From positions 2,120,844 through 2,184,843 of the forward strand of contig MU057711.1 of NCBI GenBank assembly GCA_013265495.1: DNA of 64,000 nt, written 5' to 3'. How positions within the stretch are numbered: position 1 is the stretch's first letter; every line of letters begins with the position of its first letter. Positions 26,400-39,265 of this stretch are shown one piece after another. Made by a program: the position numbers and the translations under genes. The stretch is from Vicugna vicugna. Lineage: Eukaryota. Under the pieces are notes generated by a model. The model worked only from the letters and a program-made list of their open reading frames with translations. It searched no databases and was not told the origin of the DNA.

Positions 26400-29300
26400 G
26401 AATTCCAAACAAGATGGTGGAGTAGTAGGACCATGAGCTTGCCTCTCCTTGCGACTACAACGAAACCACAACTGAATGCTAAACAACCATCGAAAAAAGA
26501 CTGGAACCTAGCAAAAAAGATCTTCTGCAACTGGAAACATAAAGAGGGAACCACAGCCGGACGGTAGGAAGGGCATGCTCACAATATAATTGGGCCCCAT
26601 ACCTCCCAGGTGGGCGACCCACAAGCTGAAGATTTGTTAAGTCACAGAGGCCCTCCCACAGGAGTGAGAGCTCTGAGCCCCACGTCAGGCTCCCCAGCTC
26701 GGGGCCCAGCATTGGGAAGAGAAGGATACCCCAGGACATCTGGTTTTGAAGGCTGGGGGGCTTGGCTCTGGGAGCCTCACAAGACTGGAGGAAACCGAGA
26801 CTCCATTCGCTTGAGAAGCATACACAGAAACTCATGTGCACCAGGTCCAAGGGCAGGGGCAGTGATTTTATAGGAACCTGGCCCAGACCTCCTTGCTGGA
26901 TTTGGAGGGTCTCCTGGGGACATGGGGAATGGCTGCGGCCACTCAGGGGACGTAAAAGCTGGTGGCGGGCATTCTGGGAGTGTTGATCGACATGAGCTTT
27001 CCTGAAGGCTGACATCTTGATTAGATCTTTAGCACCAAGACCTAGCCCCACCCGACTGCCTGTAGGGAAGCCTCAGGCCAAACAACATATTGGGTGGGAA
27101 CACAGCCTCACCCATCAGCAGACTTCCTAAGTCACAAAGGTCTCTAGACACAGTCCCACCCACCAGAGGTCCAGGACCAAGCATCACCCAGCAGTGGGCA
27201 GGCACCAGCTCCTCCTGCCAGGAAACCTGCATAAGCCTCTAGTCCAGCCTCATCCACCAGGGGCAGATACCAGAAATAAGAAAGCAACAATCTCAAAGCC
27301 TGTGGAAGGAATCCACAAACCATAGAAAGACAGACGATATGAGGTGGCAGAGGAATATCTCCCAGGCCAAGGCACAAGATAAAATCCCAGAAGAAGAAAT
27401 AGGTAATGAGGAGAAAGGCAATTTATCTGAGAAAGAATTTAAAGTAATGATGGCCAAGATGTTCAGAGAACTCAAGAAGAGTACAGATGCACAGAGTGAA
27501 GTTTTTAGCAAAGAGTTGGAAAATATAAAAAATACTCAAACAGAGTTGAAAAATAAAATCAGTGAACAATACACTAGAAGGAACCAAGAATAGACTAAAT
27601 GAGGCAGAAGAACGATCAGTGAGCTAGAAGGCAGATTAGTGGAAATCACTACTTCAGAACAGAAAAAAGAAAAAAGAATAAAAAGGAATAAGAATAGTTT
27701 AAGAGAACTCTGGGACATCATGAAGTGCCCTAACATTCGCATTATAGGGGTCCTAGAAAAAGAAGAGAGAGAGAAAGGACCTGAGAAAAATTTTGGAGAG
27801 AAAATAACCGAAAACTTCCCCAACTTGGGAAAGGAAACAGTCACCCAAGTCCTGGAAGTACAGAGAGTACCACACAGAATCAACCCAAAGAAGAACACAT
27901 AGTCATCAAACTGTCACCAGTTAAGGATAAGGAGAAAATATAAAAATTAGCAACAGAAAAGCAATGAATAACACACAAGGAAGCTCCCATAAGGTTATCA
28001 GCTGATTTTTCAGCAGAAACTCTACAGGTCAGAAAGGAGTGGCACGATATATTTAAAGTGATGCAAGGGGAAACTTACAACCAAGAATACTCTATCCAGC
28101 AAGGCTCTCCTTCAGACTTGATGGAGAAATCAAAAGCTTCACAGATAAACAAGAGCTAAAAAATTTCAGCACCACCAAACCAGCTTTACAACAAATGTTA
28201 AAGGAACTTCTCTACTAGTCAGCATAAGAAAAGAGAACAAAAAGAAGAAAGAGGGAAAAAAAGAGACCTACAAAAGATTGCTTTGGCTGTTCAGGGTCTT
28301 TTGTGGTTCCTTAGAATTTTTGGAATTGTTTGTTCTAGTTCTGTGAGGAATGTCGCAAGTATTTTTGTGGAGGTTGAGTTGGATCTGTTGATTGCTTTGG
28401 GTAGTGTGGCCATTTTGATAATGTTGATTCTTCCAATCCAAGAGCACAAGAAATCTTTCCATTTCTTTGTGTCATTTTGGTTTTCAGAGTATAGGTAACC
28501 TCCTTGGTTAAGTTTATTTCTAGATATTTTGTTGGTTTTGATGTAATGGAAATGTTTGTGCCAGTTATGAAATTCTGGTCTTGAAGTAAAAAAAAAAAAG
28601 TGAATGAAGGGCAGCAAATGGCAAAATATCCTTCTTTTTAGTGGGTGAGTTGTATTCTATTACATATATATATGCTGCATCTCCATTATCTGTTCAGCCT
28701 TTGATGTGCACTTAAGATACTTCCATATATTGGCAATTATAAATAATGTTGCTGTTAATGGCAGGGTGTATGTATCTTTTTGAGTTAATTCTTATTTTGT
28801 GGTTGGTTTCATTCCTTTGATAACTATGTAAGTTTAAAAAGCTAAAGCTCTAAACATTCTTAGAAACAATGAACAGTACATGTATGTAAATTTAAAAATA
28901 TATGTGCAGTAAAAAAAAAAAAGATCTATCAAGCCATGAAAGACATAGAAGAAACTTATAGGACATATTACTAAGTGAAAGAAGCCAGTCTGAAAAGGCT
29001 ACAAACTGTACGCTTCCAACCAAATGACACTCTAGAAAAGGCACAGCTACAGAAACAATAAAAAAATTGTGGTTTCCAGGGTTTGGGGGAGAGGGAGGGA
29101 AGGAGGAATAAATAGATGGAGCACAAGAAATTTTTAGGGCAATGAAATTATCCTATATGATATTATAGTGGTGGCTACATGTCATTATGCATTTGTCAAA
29201 ACCAGTAGAATGTACATCAAGAGTAAGCCCTAATGTAAACTATGGACTTTGATTGATAATAATGTGCCCGTGTTGGTTCATCGCTTGTACCAAATATGCC

Positions 29301-29527
29301 ACACTGATGAGGGATGTTGAGGAAAGGGGAGTATATATGTGTGGGTGGGGAGGGCTATGTGGGAACTCTGTATTTTCTGCTCAATTCTGTTGTGAACCTG
29401 AAACTGCTCTAAAAGAATAAAGTCTGTTAAAAAGAAATAATAATGAAGGTTTGGAAACAAACAAACAAAAAGAATATATGGCCCTCAGAAATAAAAATCT
29501 ACCCAAATCTCAAAAAAAAAAAAAAAA
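26400..29527 (+). mobile_element. Chimeric L1 insertion: 5'UTR, degenerate ORF1 (27339-~28218), inverted L1 pieces, foreign sequence, AATAAA, poly-A
   Basis: CAAGATGGTGG start motif; ORF1 peptides MRWQRNISQAKAQDK... and ...NIRIIGVLEKEEREKG...ENFPNLGKE; minus-strand ORF2 peptide in ORF 28291..28617; AATAAA at 29490; A16 at 29512-29527; TSD-like AAGGAAGTAACT / AAAGAAGTAATT. Confidence 0.82.
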
Positions 29528-29675
29528 GAAGTAATTAAGGCTAAATGAAGTCATAAGGGTAGGGGGCCCTGTTCCTGTAGGATTACTGTCCTTATGAGAA
29601 GAGATATTGAAGAGTCCTCCCTCCCTCTCTCTCTCTCTCTCCCTCTTCTTATCATCCCTACCATCTCCCTCCTCC

Positions 29676-29884
29676 CTAACTAACATATCAATCGAGACAG
29701 ATCATGAAGCCCTGGACTATGTGGACTACATGTTTCCTGAACTACTGTAAATCCATCTGTAAGGTCTTTTTCCTTTTTATAGCTTTAACATTTTATTCCT
29801 TCGGCACACAGCATGAATCTACCTGCTTTCAGTGAGGGATTTTTTTTTTAATTTTTAAATTGTGGTAAAATACACATAACACAA
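29676..29884 (+). repeat. ~210-bp direct copy of 25810-26023
   Basis: Direct comparison of the two segments: about ten substitutions plus one small indel. Confidence 0.95.
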
Positions 29885-30939
29885 CCTCTCCCTACCTCTC
29901 TCTGCTCTCCCTGACCCCCACCATTCATCTTCCCCTCACCACCACCCTGTGCACACACGCACCGAGGAACGGCCATGTGAAGACATAGTGAGAAGGCAGC
30001 TGCCTGCGATCCAGGAAGAGAACGCTCACCAGGAACTGAATCAGCTGGAGCCTGATCAGCCCTCTAGGCCAAGAGCAGACTAATCAGACCCACGTCCATC
30101 CTCTCGTAGACTCACAGTAAACAGTGATGGAAACAGACAGTAACAAGATAGGAACACTGTTAGTAACAAGGAGGGTTTCCGCCAAGGAGGAAAGGTTTCC
30201 GATCTGATGGGGTCGTCAGAGATTTCTAAAACAGTTTCCTCATTCCTGAGACAAAGTAAGTTAGACAACAAGAAATCAGATCCATTGTGAAACACGCTGA
30301 CTGTCAAGGTTGCAAACACTCCTGAACAGGAGGTTCCAAAGGCCTTACCCATTTGAGAATCTAAAATTATCAGTGGGTGGGAGATTGGGAGGGAGGGTCT
30401 CAACTAGATCCTGGTGGAATGTCAACTCCTGAAAAACCACCAGAAAACATGTCAAAGAGCTAAATGTATGAGACCTGCTGCAGTGATGGTAACACCACCT
30501 TCAGTCTTAGTGGTGTCTCAGAAGGATGTCAGGAAGGGGCATGTGTCCCTTTGGAGATAAGAGCTCAAATGTTTCAAGGTGAAACTTTCAAGGGGAGGAA
30601 CTGATTGGGACTGGACAAAATTCAAGACATCATAGTTTAGAACTCCTAACCACACAAGGTGAAGATTTTGAAGGGAGTCATGTTAAACATTGGTAAATGA
30701 GCTGTTTGCCTCTATGAACAAACTAGCCAAATGGGTTTATAGGAATTTCTTAAAGCAAACGGTGAAGTCATTATTGGTTCACAGCCTTATTTTCCCAGAA
30801 AAGATTTCCCTGGAACAAATAATTTAGCCATGTGGCCTGATATTTAAGGATGAAGGAGGTCTCAGCTCTCAACCTTATGATGTGTGATAAACGCCAATAT
30901 TTTCTTTTTATCTTTTTGGTATTGTTTAAAAACAACAAC

Positions 30940-32350
30940 ACTAAAAAACAGATGGCCACCTGGTACATGAAAAGATGGTCAGCATCACTAGTCATCAGGG
31001 AAATGCAAATCAATACCACAATGAGATATCACCTCTGCCTGTTAGAATGGCTACTATTAAAAAGAGATAACAAGTACTGGCCAGGATGTGGAGAAAAGGG
31101 AACCTCTGAGCACTGTTGGTAGGAATGTAAACTGATACAGCCATGATGGAAAACAATATGGAGTTTCCCCCCAAAATCTAAAAATAGTGCTATCTAATGA
31201 CCCAGCAATTCCTCTTCTGGGTATTTAGCCAAAGAAAATGAAATCACTATCTTGAAAAGATACCTGCACCCCCATGTTCATTTCTGCATTACTTACAATA
31301 GCCAAGACATGGAAACAACCGAAGTGTCCATTGATGGATAAACAGATTTAAAAAATGCGATTGATGTACATGTAGTGGAATATTATTCAGCCATTAAAAA
31401 GGAAATCCTGTCATTTGTGACAACATGGATGGGCTTTGAGGGCATTATGCTAAGTGAAATAAGTCAGACCGAGAAAGGCAGATACTGAGTGATTTTAGTT
31501 ATAGGTGGAATCTTAAAAAAAAAAACTCATTGATATAAGAACAGATTTGTGGTTGCCAGACGCAGTGGGGTAGGGATGGGCAAAATGGGTGAAGGTGGTC
31601 AAAAGGTATAGACTTCTAACTATATAATAAATAAGCCCTAGGGATGTAATGTACAGCATGGTGACTACAACTAAAAATACTATATTATTGTGAATGAAAG
31701 TTGTCACCAGCCATATTAGTAAACAAAGGATGTTGTAGACATCAAGCTGTCATTCACTATAGCTGTCCTAAAGGTGAGCCCTGAAGGAACTCAGGATGGA
31801 GATAAACAGGCTGCCTGCTGCCAAGTCACTGCAGCTGCCCCCAGTGGTGCACCCTGAGGGGACTCAGAACCAAAAAGAACAGAGCATTGGCCCTAGATAG
31901 TTAAGGTGTATATCAAAGGAATGATTTCAATGAGCCCACAATCTTGCATCTTCCCACACACAGAAGATAGCTAAATTCATTAACTTGGAATGTATAGTTT
32001 TCTGTAACAGTAATCTTTCACTACCTGGTTTTTGTTGCAAAAACTCCTATATTTCCTGGCAGCCCTCGGAGCTATCTGAGAGGCTGTTTTCCAGGCTTAA
32101 GTCCTCAGAAAGTATGCCAAATAAAACATAATTCTCAACTTTTAGGTTTTGTTTTTTCAGTCAACATTGTACATTTGAAAGTTGCCAAAAGAATAAATCT
32201 TAAAAAGCTCTCATCACAAGAAAAGGAGTTATGTGGTAATAGATATTAACTAAACATATTGTGGTAATCATTTCACAGTAAACGTACATCAAATTGTTAT
32301 ACTGTACACCTAAAACTAATACAATATTATCTGTCAATTATATCTCAATT
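30940..32350 (+). mobile_element. L1MA-like 3' end interrupted by an LTR
   Basis: ORF 30850..31122 contains [22 protein letters not shown]; ends GTCAATTATATCTCAAT. Confidence 0.85.
31689..32166 (+). mobile_element. ERV1-like solo LTR (~480 bp)
   Basis: TG...CA termini; 4-bp TSD-like TTAT/TTGT; AATAAA at ~32120; internal imperfect tandem repeat (CCCTGAAGGAACTCAG / CCCTGAGGGGACTCAG). Confidence 0.72.
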
Positions 32351-32369
32351 TTCTGAAAAGGAGAGCTAA

Positions 32370-34080
32370 ATGATGCTACTGATGGGTTATTCAATATCAT
32401 AAAGTTGTCAACTCTCCTCAAGACGATTTCTAAAGGCAGTGTAATTCCAAAGTCTCAGCAGAGTTTGTCATAAAACTTGTCCAGCTGAGTCTAAAGGGGA
32501 TATAGAAGGGTAAAGGGGCCAAGAATACTCAAGACAATTATAGTGAAGTTAATTAATTATAGTGTGAATTGGGCAGGAACAGACCTATAGATAAAAGGAA
32601 CTGATGGGAGCACCGAAATGGACACTTGGTGGAGGTTGACATAGACAGCGTTACCCTAGCAGATCAGTGAGTAAAGATTAGCCATTTAGTAAAAGGTGCT
32701 GGAACAACTGGTCATCCATATGGAAAAAAAGAGAATTTGCATAAATTCCTAGTGGTTAAAGGTTTAAAATTTTTATACTGTGTTTAGCATAAAATTTTGG
32801 AGAATATCTTTATAACCTCAGAAGAGAGGAATTTTTTAAACAAGACCCAAAAAGCACTAACTACAAAGGAAATTATTGACAACTTTGACTAAATTAAAAT
32901 TAATCATTTCTGTTCACCAGCTTTTGCTAATAAAAGCGAAAAGGTAAGATATAAACTAAGAGATAATACAACAAATATTATGAATGAAAGATTTATTTTT
33001 TATGTTCTTTAAATGTTTTAAAGAACTTTCACATTTAAAGAACTCTAACAAATCATTCAGAAAAAGCCAAAAAAATCCAAGAGTAAAATAGCAAAAGACA
33101 TGGGCAGGCACATTACTCAAGATGAACCATGACGAGATAGTATTTTACAACCACTGGATTGGCAAAAATCTAGAAGTCTCACACCGCCAAGTAAGGATGT
33201 GGAGGAAAATTCAGTTCTAATGCTAGACTGTTGAGAGGCCAATTATTGTAACTACTTTGGAGAGCCACTTTGTTTTCCTGATAAAGTGGACTATGTTCAC
33301 AACCCATGACCCAGCAATCCTACTCCTGAGTGTATACCCAAACTAGACTACAGAATTCTCCACATTATGAATTGGTTGGTCATGAAATTATTTTGTGGGT
33401 CAACATCTTTTTAAAAAATGAAATAGAGTAGCACAGAAAATGCCGAGATGTATCACGAAAAGTCAAGATAAATAGATGTTTGTGTGTACTGGGCCACAAG
33501 ATAAAATAGGTTTCTTACAGAGAATATTAGCAGGGAAAAGTTGAAAGTCACTACCCAGAAGAAACCCCTGTACAAGTATGTATTTTTCATAATAGAAATA
33601 AGAGGGGAAAGAAAAAGCAACAATCCAAGTGTCTATCAATGGTAGAATGCATGAACAAATAACGGATTTTGCAATGGATTCCCAAGTAGCAGTGAAAATG
33701 ACTATATCCGATGGCTACATACCTCAACACTGATGCATCTTAGAATTAGTAATGGTGAATACACGAACCAATTCTCAGAGGGAAATTCACAGCACAAGAC
33801 TATTTTTGTAAAGTTGACAAATGGGCAAAACCGAGTAAGTTGCTTAGGAATATGTATGTGGTAAAACTATAAAGGAAAGCAGGAGAATAATTTAAAAGAA
33901 CGAATTAAAAAAAAAAAAAAAGAATGAATTCCCAGTAGTGCAGAGGACACTCAGGACATCAAAGGATCTGCTACTGTTCTGTTTCCTAGGTAGCAAGGTG
34001 GGCTCATGGGGCTTGTTTTATGACCATGTCTCATAACCTCCACACATGGTCCTTTTATATTTTTGTATCAAACATCTTGT
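32370..34080 (+). mobile_element. Ancient, highly degenerate L1ME-like remnant with a hAT MER insert (~33345-33553)
   Basis: ATTTAGTAAAAGGTGCTGGAACAACTGG...CCCATGACCCAGCAATCCTACTCCTG motifs. Confidence 0.6.
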
Positions 34081-37000
34081 CATTTTAAAAGGAGAAAGTG
34101 ACCTCTAGAGTTGCAATAAGGAGAATGGCCAGGGGTGGGGGTGTTGCAGAGTGCAAGTGGGGAGAAGCGGATGAGAGCTGCCGCAGTCGTCCACTGGGAG
34201 ATGATGGCGGCAGTGGATAAAGTGAAGATGGGTTTGAGGTGTCTTGAACATAGTATGGACTTGCTGATGGATTACACTTAAGAGATGAGGCAGAAGGAAA
34301 ATCGATAAAGACTGGCCAATGGAATAGAGTCCAGAAACTGAACTTTGCAGACACTGAAACTTGATGTATAGACAAGGCTGTCCAAGTTGATCAGCAGGGA
34401 GAAAAAAGGCTATTTAGTAAATGGTGCTGGAACAACTGATCATCCATATGGAAATGAAGAGAAATTCGCTGTATCCCTGACCAGGCTAAAGACTTCCGTG
34501 TAAGAGGCAAAACTCGTGGACGTTTAAGAAGAAAAAGTGAATGAATTTAAGTTACATTTGGCAAGGAAAAATTGCAAAGAGTCAAGAAAATTTTGTTGAA
34601 TATTGACAGCTCTATATCTTAATTAGGGGAGAGTTTATATAACTGTATGTTTGTCAGTACATACATTTTATTGTATGTAAATGATACCTCAATAAATTGT
34701 CTAAAAAGAAAAAAAAAGTTACATTTTGAAGAATGGACATGAGAAGAGGGGAGAAAGGACATGAATAACTCCTAAAATTTTAGCTTAAATAACTGGATGA
34801 ATAATAAAAATATTAATAACAGCTAATATTTACATAGCACTATCAACAGAGTGGGCACCTTTCTAAGCATTTTACATACTTTATCCCATTCAGTCCTAAC
34901 ACCAATACTGAAAGAGAGCTTCTCTTACCGTTTCCATCTATAGGGAAGCCCAGGAAGACCGGGTAACTTACCTAGGATCACACAGCCGGTAAGGGATGCG
35001 GTGTTGATCAGCTGCAGACACTGTCCATGGAAGACTGTGACACAACCGGAGTGTGGAGCTCGACCTGCCGAGGACTCCGCTAAAGTGCTGTGTGGAGGAG
35101 GCAAACTTCTCAGAGTCTTTCCACTACTGCAGCAGGTCTCCAGGGATTCCCGGTCCCCACCTCCGCTCATCTCCCCAGGGTGCTATGCATGCCAATGAGA
35201 GGCAGCGAAAAGCCAGAGTGTTATGTTAAAAAGTTCCTGAAAGCTGCAAGCCCAGGCTGCCCCCTCTCCCAGTGACTGACCGCTCCTGGGATGCTCAGAC
35301 TTAGCTTCATTCGTTTTGCTGCTGTTGTTACTAAGAAAGTTATCAAAGATGTATTATGTGACATCAGTGTGCATTTTTTATTGTGGTAATATGACATATA
35401 TAACACAAATTTCACTATTTGCGCCATTTTTAAGTGTACAATTCAGTAGCATTAGGTACATTCATGTTATTGGCAACCATCAAGCTTTATTCACACTTAA
35501 CACACATCTTGCTCTGTTCCAGGCACTGTTCTAGGCACTGAAGGATGTAAAACAGACCTTCACCTTGATGCAGTCCACATTCCAGTTGGAGAGACAGACA
35601 ATAAACATGGGAAAAATAAATACATATGATTGTATCAGATATTGACAGGGGCCAGGAAGAAAACAGGACAGGGCAGTAATCACACATTTACTATGTTCCA
35701 GCAGTGATTTGAGGGCCTAGCAAGGAGTACTTCATTGTCTTCCCACTCCAGTCCTTTGAGGGACAGCACCTGTCCCCGTTTTACGGAGGAAAAAGTGAAG
35801 CATGGAGAGCTTCAGATTCCACAGTGAATAAGTAGGGAGGAATGGGGACCAGGTGGTGATGGTGAAAGAACTGCTCCCACTGGAGTGATCCAAGGCCTCT
35901 TTGAGGAGGGAGCATGGAGCTGAATTCTAAAACACGAAAGAGTTCCAAGGAGAGAGAACAGCAAGTGCAAAGGTCCTGAGGCATGCATGACTCTTTCAAG
36001 GAACAGCAAGGATCCCATGGGACTGGAGCCAAATAAGCTGATGAAGGGAGGGGAAGTGAGGGAGTAGGGGACGGGATCGGGGGAGGGAGGAGTCTTTGAG
36101 GAGCAGTCACCGAAGTACGCAGGGTCACCAGATGTCCTGGTTTGACCCTGGACAAGTTGGTCACCTCAACTAGGTCAGATATTATTCAGATTTTATTCCA
36201 AGTGCAAAGGAAAGCAATGAGGAGGCTTTACACAAGGGAAGCACAGGACCCCTCTGTTGTATATATTTTGGAAGTAAGGTGGCAGAACTTGATCTATGGG
36301 ATAAGGGAGGTCAGAGGAATCAAAAATGACCCCTAGGTTCTTAGCTGAGCATCGGGTGGATGCTGGGTCATTCACTACAGTGGTGAAGATGGGTAAACAG
36401 CAGGTTTGGGGGTGAATCAATGTAAGTGCACATCCTCTGGGTGGTTCCCTGCCCCCCCAGACTGAGACAGCATGGGAGGGAGTATCCGGAGAGCAAGAAT
36501 TCCCAATTCTCCCTTCTCTCATGATCGATTGATCGCTCTTAAGCCTGCTTTACAAAAGAAAGGCCCATCTCCTACCACCCTGAATCACAATGGGGCCTGG
36601 TCCTGGCGCAGAAAAGACAGGTGCTGGCAGCAGGAACAATTGGGACATCTTATTTGAAATAGGACACCTCTGAAGCCTCCTTGAACCAAGGCAAGTTAAA
36701 TCCATCCTATGCTGTTGACTTTCTCGTCTTGTGCAGATTTCTGTTAATGGTGAAGCACTGTTTGGATATCAGCAATTTGGCTTCTGTTGATTTTCTGAGG
36801 GATTTGCAATGAAGGATGAAATGGTTCTGACAGAAATGAAGCGTGATTTCGCTGATTGTTTTGACAATTAAGGACTGGTTTTGCCAATTACAGTAAATGG
36901 TGAAGTGTCTATAAATTAAATGAGCTCAATCAACTTCTTCCAGCTTTTTGATGAAAATATATTTAAAGCATAAGATAAAAGCTTTTTTATCTTTAAAAAA

Positions 37001-37345
37001 ATTAGCAAAGATGTGTTTAAATTACCAACATTATGATTTTCTTCATTGTTTCTGAGTGTATTGGGCTAAACAAGTTGTCTCTAAGTGAAGGAGAACCAGG
37101 ACAAATTAGTTTTCATTTGATAAGTTTTGGGAAAGACTTTTTGATATATTTTCCAGGAACTGAGGAGGTGAGAGGATTTAAGGACAGAGTAAGAAATCCT
37201 TTTGCAAAAGAGGAATTTTCTATAGTATTAAGGAGAACCTAACCTAGTGTGAGAGTAAGAAAAAGACTTTTTGATAATAGGTTATCATATGATTTAAAAT
37301 TTTTTTAATTGTGGTAAATATATGTGATTATGATCCTAACCATTT

Positions 37346-37486
37346 AAAACTTTTTATTTAATTTATCTTTTGGGGGGAGAGAGTGGTAATTAGGTATTTA
37401 TTTATATGGCGGTACTGGGGATTGACCCCAGTCCCTCTTTCATGCTAAAACACATGCTTTACCACTGAGCTACACCCTGCCCCCTC
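37346..37486 (-). mobile_element. tRNA-derived SINE (camelid Vic-1-like) with TSD
   Basis: Reverse strand reads GGGTGTAGCTCAGTGGTAAAGC...GGGTCAATCCCCAGTACC; TSD ATCCTAAC(C/T)ATTT. Confidence 0.85.
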
Positions 37487-37580
37487 ATCCTAACTATTTT
37501 CAAGGATACAGTTCAGTGGTATTAATCACATTCACATTGCTGTGCTTCCATTACCACCACCCATCTCTAGAACTCCTTTT

Positions 37581-37729
37581 TTAAAAATCTTATTTGTTTG
37601 GGGACTTTTTTTGGGGGGGTGGTAATTAGGTCTATTTTATTTGTTTGTTTTAACGGAGGTACTGGGGAATGAACCCAGGATCTCGTGCATGCTAAGCACA
37701 CACTCTACCACTGAACTACACCCTCCCCC
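37581..37729 (-). mobile_element. tRNA-derived SINE (Vic-1-like) with TSD
   Basis: A and B boxes on the reverse strand; TSD CTC(T/C)AGAACTC(C/T)TTTT. Confidence 0.88.
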
Positions 37730-38509
37730 CTCCAGAACTCTTTTCATCTTGTAAAACTGAAACTCTGCATTAAACACTAACTCTCCAGCCAACTCCCCCT
37801 TACTGGGAGGGACTGCGTGGCTCTGACAACGACCACTCTGACAACCACACTTCTACTTTGTCTCCATGATTCTGACTCCTCTGGGTACCTCCTATAAGTG
37901 AAATCATACAGTGTTTGTCTTTTAGCGACTGGCTTCTTTCACTTAGCGTAATGTCCTCAATGTTCATCCATATTATAGCATGTGTCAGGATTTCCTTTCT
38001 TTTTAAGGCTGAGTAACATCCCATGCATATAGAAACACTGTATTTTGCTACTCCTTTCTTCCATCGTGGACACCTAGGTGGCTTCTACCTTTTGGCTATT
38101 GTGAATAATAATGCCATGGGGCAGGGATGTACAAACATCTATTTGAGACCCTGCTTTCAATACTTTTCAGTATCTATCCAAAAATGGGATTGCTGGATCC
38201 TATGGTAGTTCTATTTTTAATTTTTTGAGGACTGCCTTGCTGTTTTCCACAGCAGCGGCACCATTTATATCCCCGCTATTATCAAGTGCACAAGTGTTCC
38301 GGTTTCTCCACATCCTCAACATCACTTATTTATTTTAATAGTAACCACCCAAATGGTGATCTGTTACGACATGATTTTGGCAGATGACTCAAAAGGACTT
38401 TCAAAACGTTGCTTTTATAAAATTCCTTCCATGACCATCTACTTCTTGATGTGAAAAAGAGTTTTCAGTGCTTACGTGTATTAATAATGAAAAATAAGAT
38501 TAGAACTGC

Positions 38510-38745
38510 TATTGCTTCAGCCATTTTGGAAAACAGTATGGAGGTTTCATTTAAAAAATTAAAATAGAACTACCAAATGATCTAGCAACCCCACTTATAT
38601 ATATCCAAAGGAAATGAAATCAGTATATCAAACAGCTCTCTGCACCTCCAACTCTGCAGCATATTCACAATAGCCAAGAAATGGAAACAAACTTCCTGTC
38701 TATTGATGGATGAATGGCTAAAGAAAATGTGAGCGATACACACAG

Positions 38746-38782
<37 letters not shown>

Positions 38783-39265
38783 AATATTATTCAGCCATAA
38801 AAAGGAGGGAAATCCTGCCATTTGGGACAACATAGATGAACCTTGAGGTTATTATACTGAGTGAAGTAAGCCAGACACAGAAAGAGACATACTGTATGAT
38901 CTCATTTATATGCAGAATCTAAAAAAGTTGAACTTACAGAAGCAGAGAGTAGCATGGTGGTTGGCAGGGACTGAGGGATGGGGGAAATGGGGTAATATTG
39001 GTGAAAGTGTATAAACTTTAAGTTATAAGATATGTAAGTTCTGGAAATCTATTGTGCAGCATGATGACTATAGTTAGTAACTCTATATTGTATACTTGAA
39101 ATTTCTGAGACAGTATAGATCTTAAGTATTCTCATCACACACAAATGTGTTAATTAGCTTGACTGTGGTAATGATTTCACAATGTATATCAAGTTATCAC
39201 ACTGTATACTGTAAATATATACAATTTTTATTTGTCAGTTATGCCTCCATAAAGCTGAAAAAAAC
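38510..39265 (+). mobile_element. L1MA-like 3' end containing an (AC)n microsatellite
   Basis: CAGCCATTTTGGAAAACAGTATGGAGG...TTTGTCAGTTATGCCTCCATAAAGCTG. Confidence 0.85.
38748..38779. repeat. (AC)16 microsatellite
   Basis: Read directly from the sequence. Confidence 0.95.

Larger units (their letters stand above)
26300..30060 (+). mobile_element. MLT1A/B-like MaLR LTR split into 26300-26399 and 29528-30060 by an L1-derived insertion
   Basis: CCCAAATTCATACATTGAAGCCCTAACCCCCA...GGTCCTTTAAGGAAGTAA continues at 29528 as GAAGTAATTAAGGCTAAATGAAGTCATAAGGGT...GGCCATGTGAAGACATAGTGAGAAGGCAGC. Confidence 0.8.
36780..38510 (+). mobile_element. Fragmented hAT-Charlie/Buster-like transposase fossil (pieces ~36780-37300 and ~38360-38510)
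   Basis: Manual translation gives DWFCQL..KLNELN..FDENIFKA and FW...LP*PSTS*CEK.FSVLT, resembling the hAT catalytic and C-terminal dimerization motifs. Confidence 0.6.

Noticed and set aside
26479..27051. 190-aa minus-strand ORF
   Set aside because: Antisense to an L1 5'UTR; no recognisable protein and no evidence that it is an ORF0 equivalent
32650..34470. Similar segments at ~32685-32735 and ~34410-34465 (ATTTAGTAAA.GGTGCTGGAACAACTG.TCATCCATATGGAAA)
   Set aside because: Both are homologous parts of old L1 ORF2 fragments; shared repeat ancestry explains the similarity
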